Source: Methanobacteriota archaeon (GTDB lineage: Archaea > JAADCQ01 > Methanopyri > Methanopyrales > Methanopyraceae). From it: a DNA stretch of 64,000 bases. The notes beneath the pieces are model-generated. The model was given only the letters and a program-made list of their open reading frames with translations, was not told the DNA's origin and ran no database searches. Below are positions 39,832 to 49,485 of this stretch, in pieces; position 1 is the stretch's first letter, and every line of letters begins with the position of its first letter. Both the position numbers and the translations under genes were made by a program. The stretch lies in contig JAMOPY010000001.1 in the NCBI GenBank assembly GCA_027064305.1, positions 1-64,000 on the forward strand. The letters are read 5' to 3'.

Positions 39832-40881
39832 TTGACCACCTGGCACCCTAGGCCCGGTCCCATCCCGGCGGCCATGTACACGCTCAGAGACCTGCTGGCG
39901 GACGCCATTATCCTCCACGGCCCTAAAGGATGTTGCTTCAGGACCGCGCGCCTGCTGGAGAAGGACGGGGTGCGCGTGCTCGTCACGGGCATGGAGGAGG
40001 ACGACTTCGTCTTCGGCGCGCACGAACGGCTCGTGCGGGCGCTCAGGTACGCGGAGGAGCGGCTGGAGCCCGAGCTCCTGGGCGTCGTGGGCACCTGCGT
40101 CTCCTCCATCATCGGCGAGGACCTGGAGGCGGCCGTGGAGGAGGCCGACCCGAGCGCGACCGTCGTCACCGTGGACGTGCACAACGGCCTGGGCCCGAAC
40201 ACGGAGGGCGTCATCCGGACCCTCGAGCGCGCCGCGGAGGCCGGGGTCATCCCGGAGCGGGAGGTGGACCGACAGCGCCGGCTGATGCGGGCCGCCGCCG
40301 AGCTGGAGCGGAGGCGCGGGATGGCGAGCCGGGAGTACCTGGAACCGTGGTCCGGACACGACCCCGGGCGCGTGGCGCGCGTCCTCCTGGACTCCGAGGA
40401 CGTGCTGGCCGTGCTCAACGCGAAGAAGGAGACGGCCTACCTGTTCGCCGACCCGGTCCTGGAGCTCGGGCGCCGCGGCGCGCGGGTACTGGCCAACCTC
40501 TCCGCGGAGAGCGGGCTGCCCAAGGTCCGGAAGGACGCGCGCACGCTCGCCCGGATCTTCCGCCGGGCCGGGGTGGAGTTCGAGGTCACCGGGGCGCTGG
40601 ACGAGTACGCCGTCACCGGCGAGCTGCTGGCCGAGCGGATCGAAGAGCTCGAACCGGAGGCCGTCCTGATCGCTGGGATCCCGCACGCCGTGGCACCCGA
40701 GGAGCTGAGCGTCGACGCCACGTTCGTGGCCGTCACGGACGGGCTACGGGAGGCAACCGCGCTGCGTCGACTGGGCTACGACTACGTGGTGGTAGAGGAG
40801 GAGGCCCACGCCCGGGTCCTTGGCCACCGGGACGTCGTGCCCTCCCGGCTGGGGGACGCCCTCCGTCAGGTCGCGACGTAA
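39832..40881 (+). CDS. cfbD: Ni-sirohydrochlorin a,c-diamide reductive cyclase catalytic subunit (F430 biosynthesis)
   Basis: HPRPGPIPAAMYTLRDL, LHGPKGCCF, VVGTCVSSIIGEDL, NAKKETAYLFAD. Confidence 0.92.
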   Translation: MTTWHPRPGPIPAAMYTLRDLLADAIILHGPKGCCFRTARLLEKDGVRVLVTGMEEDDFVFGAHERLVRALRYAEERLEPELLGVVGTCVSSIIGEDLEAAVEEADPSATVVTVDVHNGLGPNTEGVIRTLERAAEAGVIPEREVDRQRRLMRAAAELERRRGMASREYLEPWSGHDPGRVARVLLDSEDVLAVLNAKKETAYLFADPVLELGRRGARVLANLSAESGLPKVRKDARTLARIFRRAGVEFEVTGALDEYAVTGELLAERIEELEPEAVLIAGIPHAVAPEELSVDATFVAVTDGLREATALRRLGYDYVVVEEEAHARVLGHRDVVPSRLGDALRQVAT

Positions 40882-41768
40882 TGCGCCACCGTGCCGAGGA
40901 CCAGGCAGGAGGCCTGCGTCAGCGCGTACGGTCGGATCCCGCCGCCGGCCATCCGCAGAGCGATGAGGTTGGCGATCGAGGCGACGGGGGTGCCGAACCC
41001 GCCCACCGTGACCCCGTGCAGGAGACTCACCCAGTCCCCGGTCCCGGGAAGCAGGATCACGGTGGCCGGAACGTTGCTGATCGCCTGTGACAGTAGGAGC
41101 GCGCTCAGGTACGGGTCCGAGACCTGGACGTGCCACCCCAGCCACCGGATCCCGTTGGGAAGGAGCACCGCGGCCGTGAGCAGCGCCACGACGACCCAGT
41201 CCACCTCTCGGATCGATAGGGGCCGGAGCGCGGCGTACCCGAGCATGAGCGGTGGGAACCACAGGTACAGTGGTACGTGCGCGATCAGGCAGGCGGCGGA
41301 GATGGAGATGGCGGCGAGCTCCCTGGGGCTGGGTGGGGGCCCGGTGGTGGACGGTAAGCGCTCCCCCTTGAGCAGCGCGTACGCCAGGCCCGGGATCGCG
41401 AGCGCCGCCGTGATGGGCGCCTGCGCCCGCAGGAAGTCCCACACGTTCAGGTGGTAGTGGGAGTACACGATCGCGTTCTGCGGGTTCCCGAGCGGGGTAA
41501 CGGCGCCGATGGAGTTCGCGGTGATGAGGGAGGGTAGGAGCACCCGGTGCGGTCGTCGGGCCGCGTGGGCCACCACGGAGCCGACGGCGATCAGCGCGGC
41601 GTCGTTGGTCAGCACCGTGGAGAGCAGGCCCGAGGCCAGCGCGACTCGGACCGTGCCCGGGTTGCGACCGAGCAGGACCCTTCGGATCCAGTGGATGGCC
41701 CCGGTTCGCGCCAGCTCCGCGGTCACCGCGGACTGGACGATCACGAAGCCCACCGCGTTGAGGTCCAC
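40866..41768 (-). CDS. ArsB/NhaD/CitM-family permease
   Basis: LTNDAA, ANSIG.VTPLGNPQN, SQAISNVPAT, GGFGTPVASIANL. Confidence 0.82.
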   Translation of the reverse strand: MDLNAVGFVIVQSAVTAELARTGAIHWIRRVLLGRNPGTVRVALASGLLSTVLTNDAALIAVGSVVAHAARRPHRVLLPSLITANSIGAVTPLGNPQNAIVYSHYHLNVWDFLRAQAPITAALAIPGLAYALLKGERLPSTTGPPPSPRELAAISISAACLIAHVPLYLWFPPLMLGYAALRPLSIREVDWVVVALLTAAVLLPNGIRWLGWHVQVSDPYLSALLLSQAISNVPATVILLPGTGDWVSLLHGVTVGGFGTPVASIANLIALRMAGGGIRPYALTQASCLVLGTVAHYVAT

Positions 41769-41793
41769 CCAGATCGACAGCCGTCCCCACCCC

Positions 41794-41809
41794 CGAAAAG
41801 CTTAATACC
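41794..41809 (+). promoter_or_regulatory. BRE/TATA promoter of tRNA-Glu
   Basis: GAAAAGCTTAATA about 30 bp upstream of the tRNA. Confidence 0.6.
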
Positions 41810-41839
41810 TAGGATCCGGCCGGGGTTGCCCGGAGGGAC

Positions 41840-41969
41840 GCCCCGGCGGTGTAGCCCGGTCAAGGGCCCGCGGATGACCGCGGGCCCGCCGATATCATGC
41901 GGGACTTTCGAGGCCCGTCCGGGCCGGAGACATCCCGCGACCCGGGTTCAAATCCCGGCCGGGGCACCA
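41840..41969 (+). tRNA. tRNA-Glu(TTC) with two introns (D-loop 41863-41893; 37/38 41911-41931), C8, encoded CCA
   Basis: Cloverleaf forms once both BHB-flanked introns are removed; anticodon TTC 41907-41909; TTCAAAT T-loop. Confidence 0.92.
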
Positions 41970-41972
41970 ACC

Positions 41973-42000
41973 CAAATCGTTACGATTATCATAACGTTTG
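41973..42000. promoter_or_regulatory. Recurrent palindrome (core CGTTACGA-TTA-TCATAACG) after tRNA-Glu
   Basis: Near-perfect inverted repeat just 3' of the CCA. Confidence 0.6.
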
Positions 42001-42010
42001 CCCGCCGGGC

Positions 42011-42706
42011 TCACGGGGAGACCTCCTCCGGGCTCCCCTCCTCCACGATCTGGCCGTCTCGGAGCACGATCACACGGTCGGCCCACTCGATGAGGGAGAG
42101 GTCGTGGGTGACCACGACGACCGTCTTCCCCTCGTCGCTTAGCCTCCTGAACACCTTTATGATCCGACGCGAGTTCCTGGTGTCCAGCTGACCGGTGGGC
42201 TCGTCCGCCAGGATCACTTCGGGATCGTTGGCCAGCGCCCTGGCGATGGCCACGCGCTGCCGCTCCCCACCGCTCAGCTGGTTCGGGAACTTGTCGAAGT
42301 GCTCCTCCGAGAGCCCGACCTTGAGTAGCAGGCGCTTGGCCAGCTCCTCGTCCTCGCGTCCCGCCAGCGTCATCGGGAACATCACGTTCTCCAGCGCGGT
42401 CAGCGTCTCGATGAGGTTGAACTCCTGGAAGACGAAGCCCACGTACCGGCTGCGGATGCGGGCCAGCTCCCGGTCGCTGAGCCTTGAGATCTCCCGGCCC
42501 GCGATCCTCACCCGACCGGAGGTGGGCGTGTCCAGCGCCCCCATGATGTGGAGCAGGGTGGACTTCCCGGACCCGGAGGGTCCCACGACCATCAGGAACT
42601 CTCCGCGCCGGACCCTCAGGTTCACGCCCTTGAGCGCCTCCACCCGGGTTGAACCCGAGTCGTAGACCTTCCTCACGTTCTCCAGCTCGATGACCGGGTC
42701 GGTCAT
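42011..42706 (-). CDS. ABC transporter ATP-binding protein (LolD/MacB-like)
   Basis: GPSGSGKST, LSGGERQRVAIARAL, LADEPTG. Confidence 0.93.
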   Translation of the reverse strand: MTDPVIELENVRKVYDSGSTRVEALKGVNLRVRRGEFLMVVGPSGSGKSTLLHIMGALDTPTSGRVRIAGREISRLSDRELARIRSRYVGFVFQEFNLIETLTALENVMFPMTLAGREDEELAKRLLLKVGLSEEHFDKFPNQLSGGERQRVAIARALANDPEVILADEPTGQLDTRNSRRIIKVFRRLSDEGKTVVVVTHDLSLIEWADRVIVLRDGQIVEEGSPEEVSP

Positions 42707-42716
42707 CGTGAACCCC

Positions 42717-43832
42717 CTACTCGTGCCGGAGGGCCTTCACCGGGTCGACCTTGGCCGCCTTCCACGCCGGGTACAGGCCGGAGAGCACGCCGATGCCGGC
42801 GGCCACCAGGAACCCCTCCAGTATGACGTCCGGCGTCACGCACACGGTGATCGGCTTGCCCTTGAACTTTTGAATCACCTGGACCAGCGCGTACGTCCCG
42901 GCGGTACCGATCAGGCAGCCCAGCGCGCCGCCCGCCAGCGAGATCAGCAGCGATTCCATCAGGAACACCTTCATCACGCGGGCCTTGGTGGCGCCCACGG
43001 CCTTCATGACACCGATCTCCCGACGCCGCTCGAGGACGGACATGAGCATGGTGTTGGCGACGCCGAGACCGCCGACGAGTCCCGCGATGCAGCTGAGCAC
43101 CAGACCCGCCACCTCCACGGTCCTCAGGCTGTTGACCATGTTGTGCACGGCCTTGCTGGTCTCGATCGCCTCCACCCCCGGCACCCGCCGCTCGATCTCC
43201 CGCTTCACCCGCCTCGGGTCCCGCGTCTGCACGAACACGCAGCTGATCCCGTTCCCCCGCAGCGGCTTCACGCTGTTCAACGTCGTGATCATGCACATGT
43301 TGGCCAGCTGGGAGGAGGTGCGGAACTCACCGGCGAGGCGGAGCCGCACCCCGCTCAGGTCCACCGGGTCCCCGACCCGGGGGCGCATCTGGTTCCAGAC
43401 GAGGCTGCCCAGCGCGGCCTCTCCGTCGCGCGGGAGCCGGCCCCGGATCGGCTGCACCTTGGACCCGACGACGAAGTCGTACTGGCCGCCCTCGACCGCC
43501 GCGATCATGATCGGGGTCCGGCGGTTCCCGATCGTGACCACCCGGTTGTTGAACCAGACGGCCACCGTGCGCTGCACGCCCGGGACGCGGCGGACCTTCT
43601 CCTCCACGGACTGATCCAGCGCGCTGGAGAGCGGGTCCGGGGCGGTCTTGGACTTGACGATGAGCGAGGCGGAGCCGCCGATCGCCACCCGGATGTCGTG
43701 CTGTAGCCCCTTGGCCACCGAGGACACGCCCACCACGGCCGAGATCCCGATCGCCACGCCCAGGATCGTGATCAGCGATCTCACCTTTCTGCGGGCGATG
43801 TTTCTAACCGCCATCTTCATTGTTATCATCAC
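42717..43832 (-). CDS. ABC transporter permease (FtsX/MacB family)
   Basis: RSLITILGVAIG, NTMLMSVLERRREIGVMKAVGA, YPAWKAAKVDPVKALR. Confidence 0.92.
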   Translation of the reverse strand: MMITMKMAVRNIARRKVRSLITILGVAIGISAVVGVSSVAKGLQHDIRVAIGGSASLIVKSKTAPDPLSSALDQSVEEKVRRVPGVQRTVAVWFNNRVVTIGNRRTPIMIAAVEGGQYDFVVGSKVQPIRGRLPRDGEAALGSLVWNQMRPRVGDPVDLSGVRLRLAGEFRTSSQLANMCMITTLNSVKPLRGNGISCVFVQTRDPRRVKREIERRVPGVEAIETSKAVHNMVNSLRTVEVAGLVLSCIAGLVGGLGVANTMLMSVLERRREIGVMKAVGATKARVMKVFLMESLLISLAGGALGCLIGTAGTYALVQVIQKFKGKPITVCVTPDVILEGFLVAAGIGVLSGLYPAWKAAKVDPVKALRHE

Positions 43833-43896
43833 CGTTCACCACTCCCGCAACCGCTCAAGTGTCCCCCCGCAACCCCGGGTGCTCCCGGTGAATTCC

Positions 43897-44613
43897 TTAA
43901 ATTGATTCCAGGGATTTCTTTGGCGTGCCCCGACGCACGGGCTTTCCATAAATCCTTTTAATCTCCTCAGCCTTGACCGACTCACCCTCCCGGCGGACCG
44001 TGGGTCGCCCGTCCGGCTTGATCGCGTGCACGCGGAACAGCATCCCGTCCAGCTCGTAGACCTCCCCGACGGTGAACTCCTCGTCGCGGTCCACCTCGAC
44101 CTTCTCCGAAATCGTGTACCCGGAGGGCAGGTTGATCGAAACGCCGATGCGGGCCGGGATGTCCAGCGAGACGGCCCATACGGACTGGATGTCCCGCACG
44201 AGAGCCCTCTTCACGCTGTCCTCGTCGTAGGTGGCGATGTTCGTGACCTCGACGCGCTCGCCCTCCACCTCCAGCTCGTCCCCGACCTCCAGCTCCTCCC
44301 ACGGGTCCAGCTCCACCTCCTTGCACTCGGACTCCTCGTACCGGCTGATCGTCACCTTCACCTTTTTGGGCCGGTAGAAGACCAGCCGGGCCGGGTTCAC
44401 GGTCCCGCAGCTCTCGCACCGGGCCAGCACGTTGGCGACCAGCCTCGGCACGCCCCGCTCGTCGGGCCCCTTCTCGTGCACCGTGGCCCGCACGACCTCC
44501 TGAGGTACCTCCTCGTCCGGGGAGCATCCGGAGCACGGCGCGTAGATGACGCGCCCCTTCAGCTCGTCGTCGGAGAGGTCCTTCACCGTGGTCTTCGTGT
44601 CGATCGTGATCAC
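43897..44613 (-). CDS. HVO_0476-family Zn-finger protein
   Basis: CSGC...CESCG and repeated beta modules ending IKRIY. Confidence 0.75.
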   Translation of the reverse strand: MITIDTKTTVKDLSDDELKGRVIYAPCSGCSPDEEVPQEVVRATVHEKGPDERGVPRLVANVLARCESCGTVNPARLVFYRPKKVKVTISRYEESECKEVELDPWEELEVGDELEVEGERVEVTNIATYDEDSVKRALVRDIQSVWAVSLDIPARIGVSINLPSGYTISEKVEVDRDEEFTVGEVYELDGMLFRVHAIKPDGRPTVRREGESVKAEEIKRIYGKPVRRGTPKKSLESI

Positions 44614-44642
44614 GTTCCCACCCCCTCCGGGGGCGGTTCGGG

Positions 44643-45059
44643 GTGGAGGTGCGGATCCGGGCCCGTGGTCATGAGAACGTAACGGGCCGGCACGGGAGCA
44701 CGTTCGAGATCACCCGGGAGCCGGAGATCGGCCCCACGGCCGACTGCATAATCGGGGTGAGGGCGGATCGGGCCTGCGCCGACCTGCCGGAGGGGTTCAA
44801 ACGGGCGCTGCGCTCCGGGGCTCGGGTGGAGGTGGAGCTGAGGTCCGGGGACCTTCGGGATCGGGTCGTGGGCCGCGGGGACCCTCGCCTTAAACTCTCC
44901 GACGAGGTTAGCATGGTGTTCCGGCGGAGCGATTACGTGGATGAGCGCACCGTGCTCGTGCGGTGCGATAAGGCGGCGCGCGACCTGGATCGGCGCCTGG
45001 TCCGGCGGCTTCGGGACCCGGACGCGGTGCTGGAGGTGCGGTTGCGGGTTCTGGGGTGA
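44643..45059 (+). CDS. DUF371 family protein
   Basis: ARGHENV.G.H.STFEIT...DCIIGVRAD. Confidence 0.85.
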   Translation: MEVRIRARGHENVTGRHGSTFEITREPEIGPTADCIIGVRADRACADLPEGFKRALRSGARVEVELRSGDLRDRVVGRGDPRLKLSDEVSMVFRRSDYVDERTVLVRCDKAARDLDRRLVRRLRDPDAVLEVRLRVLG

Positions 45060-45070
45060 CCCGGCGCCCC

Positions 45071-45097
45071 CAATCGTTAAGATTCTCGTAACAATTG
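45071..45097. promoter_or_regulatory. Recurrent palindrome (CAATCGTTAAGA-TTC-TCGTAACAATTG) after tRNA-Arg
   Basis: Imperfect 12-3-12 inverted repeat, 4 bp from the tRNA 3' end. Confidence 0.6.
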
Positions 45098-45101
45098 GCG
45101 G

Positions 45102-45179
<78 letters not shown>

Positions 45180-45224
45180 TTCCCCGTGCGCCCGGCACCG
45201 CGGGGCGCTTAATAAGATTGCGGG

Positions 45225-45836
45225 CTAGCGGCCGCGGCGACCGCGCCGTCCCTCCGGCACGAACACGCGGTACTTGTCCCTGGTCTCGCCCTTCAGCTCC
45301 GCCAGCACGCGCTCCTTGATCATGTCCTTCGGGTGACGGCGCAGGCCCTTAACCCGCTCCCGGATCTCGTCCAGGCTCTCGAACGGTTCCTTCTCCCGCT
45401 CCTCCAGGATGCGCTCGAGCGTCTTCTTTCCGATGCCGGGGAGCAGCTCCAGCTGGTGCAGCCTCGGGGTGATCGGGCGGGCCTCGTTGAAGAACCGGAC
45501 GAAGTCCTCCTCGTTCTCCTCGATGATCTTCTCGATCGCGTAGGGGAGCTCCTCCTTGGCCGTCTGCGTGAGGTCGTCGTAGTGGAGCCGGCGGTCCACG
45601 TGGTGGATCTTGTCCCGCTTGCCCCGGCCCACGTACACCTCCTCGTGCAGGTCCAGGTAGACGTCGTCCTTGGGCGTGAGTTCCAGGAGGATGAAGAAGT
45701 CCTTCCCGACCGCCTGGGCCATCGGCTTGCGCTCGTGCGGGGGGGCGTCGGGGCGGTAGGGGAGGAAGTCCAGGACGATCGCGTACTCCTCGTACGGTCG
45801 CCCTTTGGGGGGTTTCTTGTACAGCAGCTCCACCAT
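45225..45836 (-). CDS. DUF655 putative RNA-binding protein
   Basis: EEYAIVLDFLP, AQAVG..FFILLE, RLHQLELLPGIGKK. Confidence 0.88.
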   Translation of the reverse strand: MVELLYKKPPKGRPYEEYAIVLDFLPYRPDAPPHERKPMAQAVGKDFFILLELTPKDDVYLDLHEEVYVGRGKRDKIHHVDRRLHYDDLTQTAKEELPYAIEKIIEENEEDFVRFFNEARPITPRLHQLELLPGIGKKTLERILEEREKEPFESLDEIRERVKGLRRHPKDMIKERVLAELKGETRDKYRVFVPEGRRGRRGR

Positions 45837-45843
45837 CGCCGGG

Positions 45844-46251
45844 TCACTCCTCCGATCCTTCTTCCAGCTTGTCCCGGATCTCCTCGGTGACCTCAAGGAT
45901 CTCCTCGATCACGGACTCGTCGGCCCTTCTTAGTAACCTTTTACCGGCGGACTCGAGCACCGTCTTGACTTCTTCCTCGCTGCTCGGCAGCACGTCCAGG
46001 ATTCGGTGGACGAGGACCTCGATGGTCCGCTCGTTGGCGGTGAGGTCCCGGGCCACGGTGCGGAGCCGCTCCTTCGCCCGCTCCAGCGTCTCCTCGTCCA
46101 GCCGACCGAACTTTTTCAGGTACTTGACCGCCTCCCGCTGGTCGTAGGTGAGCTCCGGCTCCCGCTCCTCCAGGACCCGATCGACCGTCCTGCGCGCCTC
46201 GTGGACGCTGATGGGGCGTCGGCCGCGCACGCGGAGTGAGATGGGGGGCAA
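45844..46251 (-). CDS. rpoF: RNA polymerase subunit F (Rpo4)
   Basis: ELTYDQREA..YL.KF, ILDVLP...EV; conserved rpl21e-rpoF-DUF655 order. Confidence 0.82.
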   Translation of the reverse strand: MPPISLRVRGRRPISVHEARRTVDRVLEEREPELTYDQREAVKYLKKFGRLDEETLERAKERLRTVARDLTANERTIEVLVHRILDVLPSSEEEVKTVLESAGKRLLRRADESVIEEILEVTEEIRDKLEEGSEE

Positions 46252-46264
46252 GGGGGAGGCGCCC

Positions 46265-46573
46265 CTACTTCATTTCCGGCTGCTCCTGCGGTCGTAGGTG
46301 CTCCGGGCCCACGATCAGCTTCTTCTCCTTCCCGCCGTCCCGCACCTTGACGATGTACGCTCGGCCCTGGCGGCCGATCACCTCGCCCGTACGCCCGTGG
46401 AAGCGGGGGTGCGGCATGCCGCTGTGGACGCTGGGGTCGATGACGATGTGCACCTTGTCACCCTTCTCGTACTCGTACATCAGCGGGCTCAGCGGGGAGA
46501 GGCCGCGCTCCCGGGGCTTCTTCCGCAGCTTCTTCCGCGTCCGGCTTCGGAAGCCCTTGGACTTCCTAACCAT
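46265..46573 (-). CDS. rpl21e: 50S ribosomal protein L21e
   Basis: [35 protein letters not shown]. Confidence 0.96.
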   Translation of the reverse strand: MVRKSKGFRSRTRKKLRKKPRERGLSPLSPLMYEYEKGDKVHIVIDPSVHSGMPHPRFHGRTGEVIGRQGRAYIVKVRDGGKEKKLIVGPEHLRPQEQPEMK

Positions 46574-46997
46574 CCGGGCTCACCCCCAGCTCGTGCAGGA
46601 CGATCGCGAGGGCGGCCAGCTCGCCCACCTTGGCGTTCACACCGACGGTGAGGTCCGGCTCCACGTCCAGCTCGTCCCGGCGCTCTACGGGCACGATCAG
46701 TAGCGTGTCGGACGGGTTTAATTTGTTCAGCCCGCCGCGCTCCTCGGGGTCGATCAGGGCGAGTCGTCCCTCCGCGAACCGGAGCGCGTCCTCTAGGGAG
46801 TCGGTGACCATCACGGGGACGCCGGCCCGCTCCTCCGGGTGCTCGATGACCTGCTGGATCCCGTCCAGGGCCGACTTGGAGGTAGGATCCGAGTAAACGA
46901 GCAGCTCGGCGCCCAGGTTCCCGGCGATGAGCGCCGCGTGGTTCACGCGGAAGTGGCTGAAGGGGCGGTGGTAGATGACGCGGACCACGGGGCTCAC
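46566..46997 (-). CDS. SPOUT-like hypothetical protein (COG4080-like)
   Basis: GTG start overlaps pgk stop; SALDGIQQV...V.DSLEDA...ELAALAIVL. Confidence 0.55.
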   Translation of the reverse strand: MSPVVRVIYHRPFSHFRVNHAALIAGNLGAELLVYSDPTSKSALDGIQQVIEHPEERAGVPVMVTDSLEDALRFAEGRLALIDPEERGGLNKLNPSDTLLIVPVERRDELDVEPDLTVGVNAKVGELAALAIVLHELGVSPDG

Positions 46998-48211
46998 CCC
47001 GTGAAGGGACACGTCGCCACCGCGTCCAGGGCGGGGAGCCGCTCGCCCGCGAGGAGTCGGAGCATGGCGCCGCCTCCGGTGCTCACGTGGTCGATGCCGT
47101 CGTACGCCCCGCACGCCTTGGCGGCGGCGATGATGTGCCCGCCGCCGATGACGGAGAACCCGTCCGCGGAGGCGATGGTCTCGAGCACCTCGTACGTGCC
47201 CCGCTCGAAGCCGCGCTCCTCGTAGACGCCCATCGGACCGTTCGCGATGATCATGCCGGCCCGCCGGATCTCCTCCCGGTACAGGTCGATGGTCTCGGAC
47301 CCGATGTCATGGATGGGCTCGTCCGCCGGCAGCTCCTCGACGGGTACCTCTCGACGCTCGCCCCCGGCGTTCAGGGCCACGTCCCGCGGGAGCAGGATCT
47401 TGCCGTCATCCTCATCGAGGAGCTCCCGGGCCTCGTCCAGGTACCGGGTATACCCCTTCTCCTTCAGGATCCGGCGGGAGGGCTTGCCGATGTCCACGCC
47501 GGAGGCCCAGAGGAAGAGGTTGCCGACGAGGCCGCCCAGGAGGACCCGGAGCACGTTGTCCATCTGGAGGGCCCGGCGCACGACCTTGATCGCGTCGCCG
47601 ACCTTGGACCCACCGATGACGAGGACGCCATCCTCCATCTCGTTTTTGACCATGGTCTCCAGCACCTCGATCTCCCGCTCCATGACCCGGCCCACGCAGG
47701 AGGGGAGGCGGCGGGTGAAGCCGACGAGGGACGCGTTGGAGCGGTGGGCGGCGGCGAACGCGTCGTTCACGAACACGTCGAACAGCGGGGCGAGGTTCCG
47801 GACCAGGTGCCGCCGGGCGTGCCACTCCGGGTCCCGGTTCATGCGCTCCTCCGAGTAGAACCGGACGTTCTCGAGCAGCAGAACCTGGCCCGGGTCGAGG
47901 GATCGGATCTTCTCCTTGGCCGTGGGTCCGAACACGTCCGGCACGTACTCGAACTCGTCCAGCTCCCGCTCCATGATCTTGGCGTGCGGCTCCAGCGTGG
48001 TGAAATCGTCCTCGCCCGGGCGACCCTGGTGGGCGAGGATGGCGACCCGGGCGCCCTCCTCGACGAGCTCCCGGATGGTGATCAGATGGCGTCGGATGCG
48101 CTCATCGTCCTCGATCCTGCCGTCCACGATCGTGGAGTTGATGTCCACGCGGAGGAGGACCCAGCGCTCCTCGAACTCGAAGTCGTCCATCGTGCGCAGG
48201 TCCTCGTACAC
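46994..48211 (-). CDS. pgk: Phosphoglycerate kinase
   Basis: RVDINS, AHQGRPG, LLENVRF, NDAFAAAHRS, NGPMGVYE, HVSTGGGA. Confidence 0.96.
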   Translation of the reverse strand: MYEDLRTMDDFEFEERWVLLRVDINSTIVDGRIEDDERIRRHLITIRELVEEGARVAILAHQGRPGEDDFTTLEPHAKIMERELDEFEYVPDVFGPTAKEKIRSLDPGQVLLLENVRFYSEERMNRDPEWHARRHLVRNLAPLFDVFVNDAFAAAHRSNASLVGFTRRLPSCVGRVMEREIEVLETMVKNEMEDGVLVIGGSKVGDAIKVVRRALQMDNVLRVLLGGLVGNLFLWASGVDIGKPSRRILKEKGYTRYLDEARELLDEDDGKILLPRDVALNAGGERREVPVEELPADEPIHDIGSETIDLYREEIRRAGMIIANGPMGVYEERGFERGTYEVLETIASADGFSVIGGGHIIAAAKACGAYDGIDHVSTGGGAMLRLLAGERLPALDAVATCPFTG

Positions 48212-48223
48212 CCGGTTCTCCCC

Positions 48224-48790
48224 CTACTGGATCTTGGCGTGACGCTCCCACATGTCGGACTCATCAACACCCAGCTCCTCCGCCAACTGGGCGGCAAGAC
48301 CGTCCAAGAACGACAACATGAGCAGCTCGGAAAACGTCCGCAGGATGACCTCCTCGGGCTCCGGCAGCACGACCAGCACGTCCGCGCGCTCGGCGATCTT
48401 GGACTCGGCGTTCATCGTGACGGCCAGCACGTCCGCGCCCTCCCTCCGGGCCACGTCCGCGGCGTAGTTCACGAACTCCGTGTCGCCGGAGACGCTGAGC
48501 GCCACCAGCAGGTCGCCCGACTTGATCGCCCGCTCCGTGCTGTGCCCGACGACGTAGCACCGGGCCCCCATCTGCACCAGCCGGACCGCGAAGCACTCGC
48601 CGATGAGCCCGGTCCTCCCCATCCCCACGATGAAGATGCCCCGGTCCTCCCTGATCTTCTCCGCCAGCAGGTCCAGCGCCCGCCGCACGTCCTCCTCCGG
48701 AAGGTTCTCGCACGCGTGCTCGATCACTCGGGCCTCGTTCCTCATGATCTCAACCAGCCGTTTCAAGGTCCCCGCCCCGGTCGTCGTCAC
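48224..48790 (-). CDS. hxlB: SIS-domain 6-phospho-3-hexuloisomerase
   Basis: GMGRTGLIG..FAVRLVQMG, SVSGDT, terminal RHAKIQ. Confidence 0.82.
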   Translation of the reverse strand: MTTTGAGTLKRLVEIMRNEARVIEHACENLPEEDVRRALDLLAEKIREDRGIFIVGMGRTGLIGECFAVRLVQMGARCYVVGHSTERAIKSGDLLVALSVSGDTEFVNYAADVARREGADVLAVTMNAESKIAERADVLVVLPEPEEVILRTFSELLMLSFLDGLAAQLAEELGVDESDMWERHAKIQ

Positions 48791-49485
48791 TCCAGGCCGG
48801 AGATCAGGTCCAGGAGCGCCTCCTTGGGGTCCTCGGCCAGCACGACGCCCGAGGCCACCAAAACGCCATCGCTACCCAGCTCGACCGCCGCGCGCACGTC
48901 CGAGCCGTCGGTGATCCCCGCCCCGCACAGGACCGCGGTGTCCTCGGACACCTCCCGCACCGCCTCCACGCTCCGCTCCACCACCTCCGGGTCCGCCTTG
49001 GACACCGGAGTACCCGTCCCGATGAGCTCCGGGGGCTCCACCGCCACCGCGTGCGGCTGCAGCGCGCCCGCGGCCCGGGCCGCCATCGCGTCGCTCGCGC
49101 AGACGATGGTCAACAGCCCCTCGTTCATGCACGCCCGGCACACGTCCTTCAGGTCGTCCAGCCGCATCCGACGCTCCGAGTGATTCAGCAGCGTCCCGTC
49201 CGCCCCGGCCTCGACCACCATCTCGGGGGTCACGTGACCCGTCCGGCTCCCGGGCTCGGCCGCGTCCACGGCCTGCGCCAGCACGAGCACGCCGTCCCCG
49301 TCCACCGCCCGCGCCACCCGATACAGGTCCGTGTGCGCCGGGCAGACGCCGATCTCCACCCCGGTCTCCTCCGCCACCTCCACCGCGACCTTGGCGAGTC
49401 GGACGGCGCGGTCGCCCACCGCCTCCGAGTACGTCTTGAAATTGATCACGATGGGGGGAATTCGCAAGGGGATCGACCCCCTCAC
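48787..49485 (-). CDS. tpiA: Triosephosphate isomerase (alternative TTG start at 49467)
   Basis: INFKTY, LLNHSERR, AVEPPELIGTG, GVLVASG. Confidence 0.95.
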   Translation of the reverse strand: MRGSIPLRIPPIVINFKTYSEAVGDRAVRLAKVAVEVAEETGVEIGVCPAHTDLYRVARAVDGDGVLVLAQAVDAAEPGSRTGHVTPEMVVEAGADGTLLNHSERRMRLDDLKDVCRACMNEGLLTIVCASDAMAARAAGALQPHAVAVEPPELIGTGTPVSKADPEVVERSVEAVREVSEDTAVLCGAGITDGSDVRAAVELGSDGVLVASGVVLAEDPKEALLDLISGLE

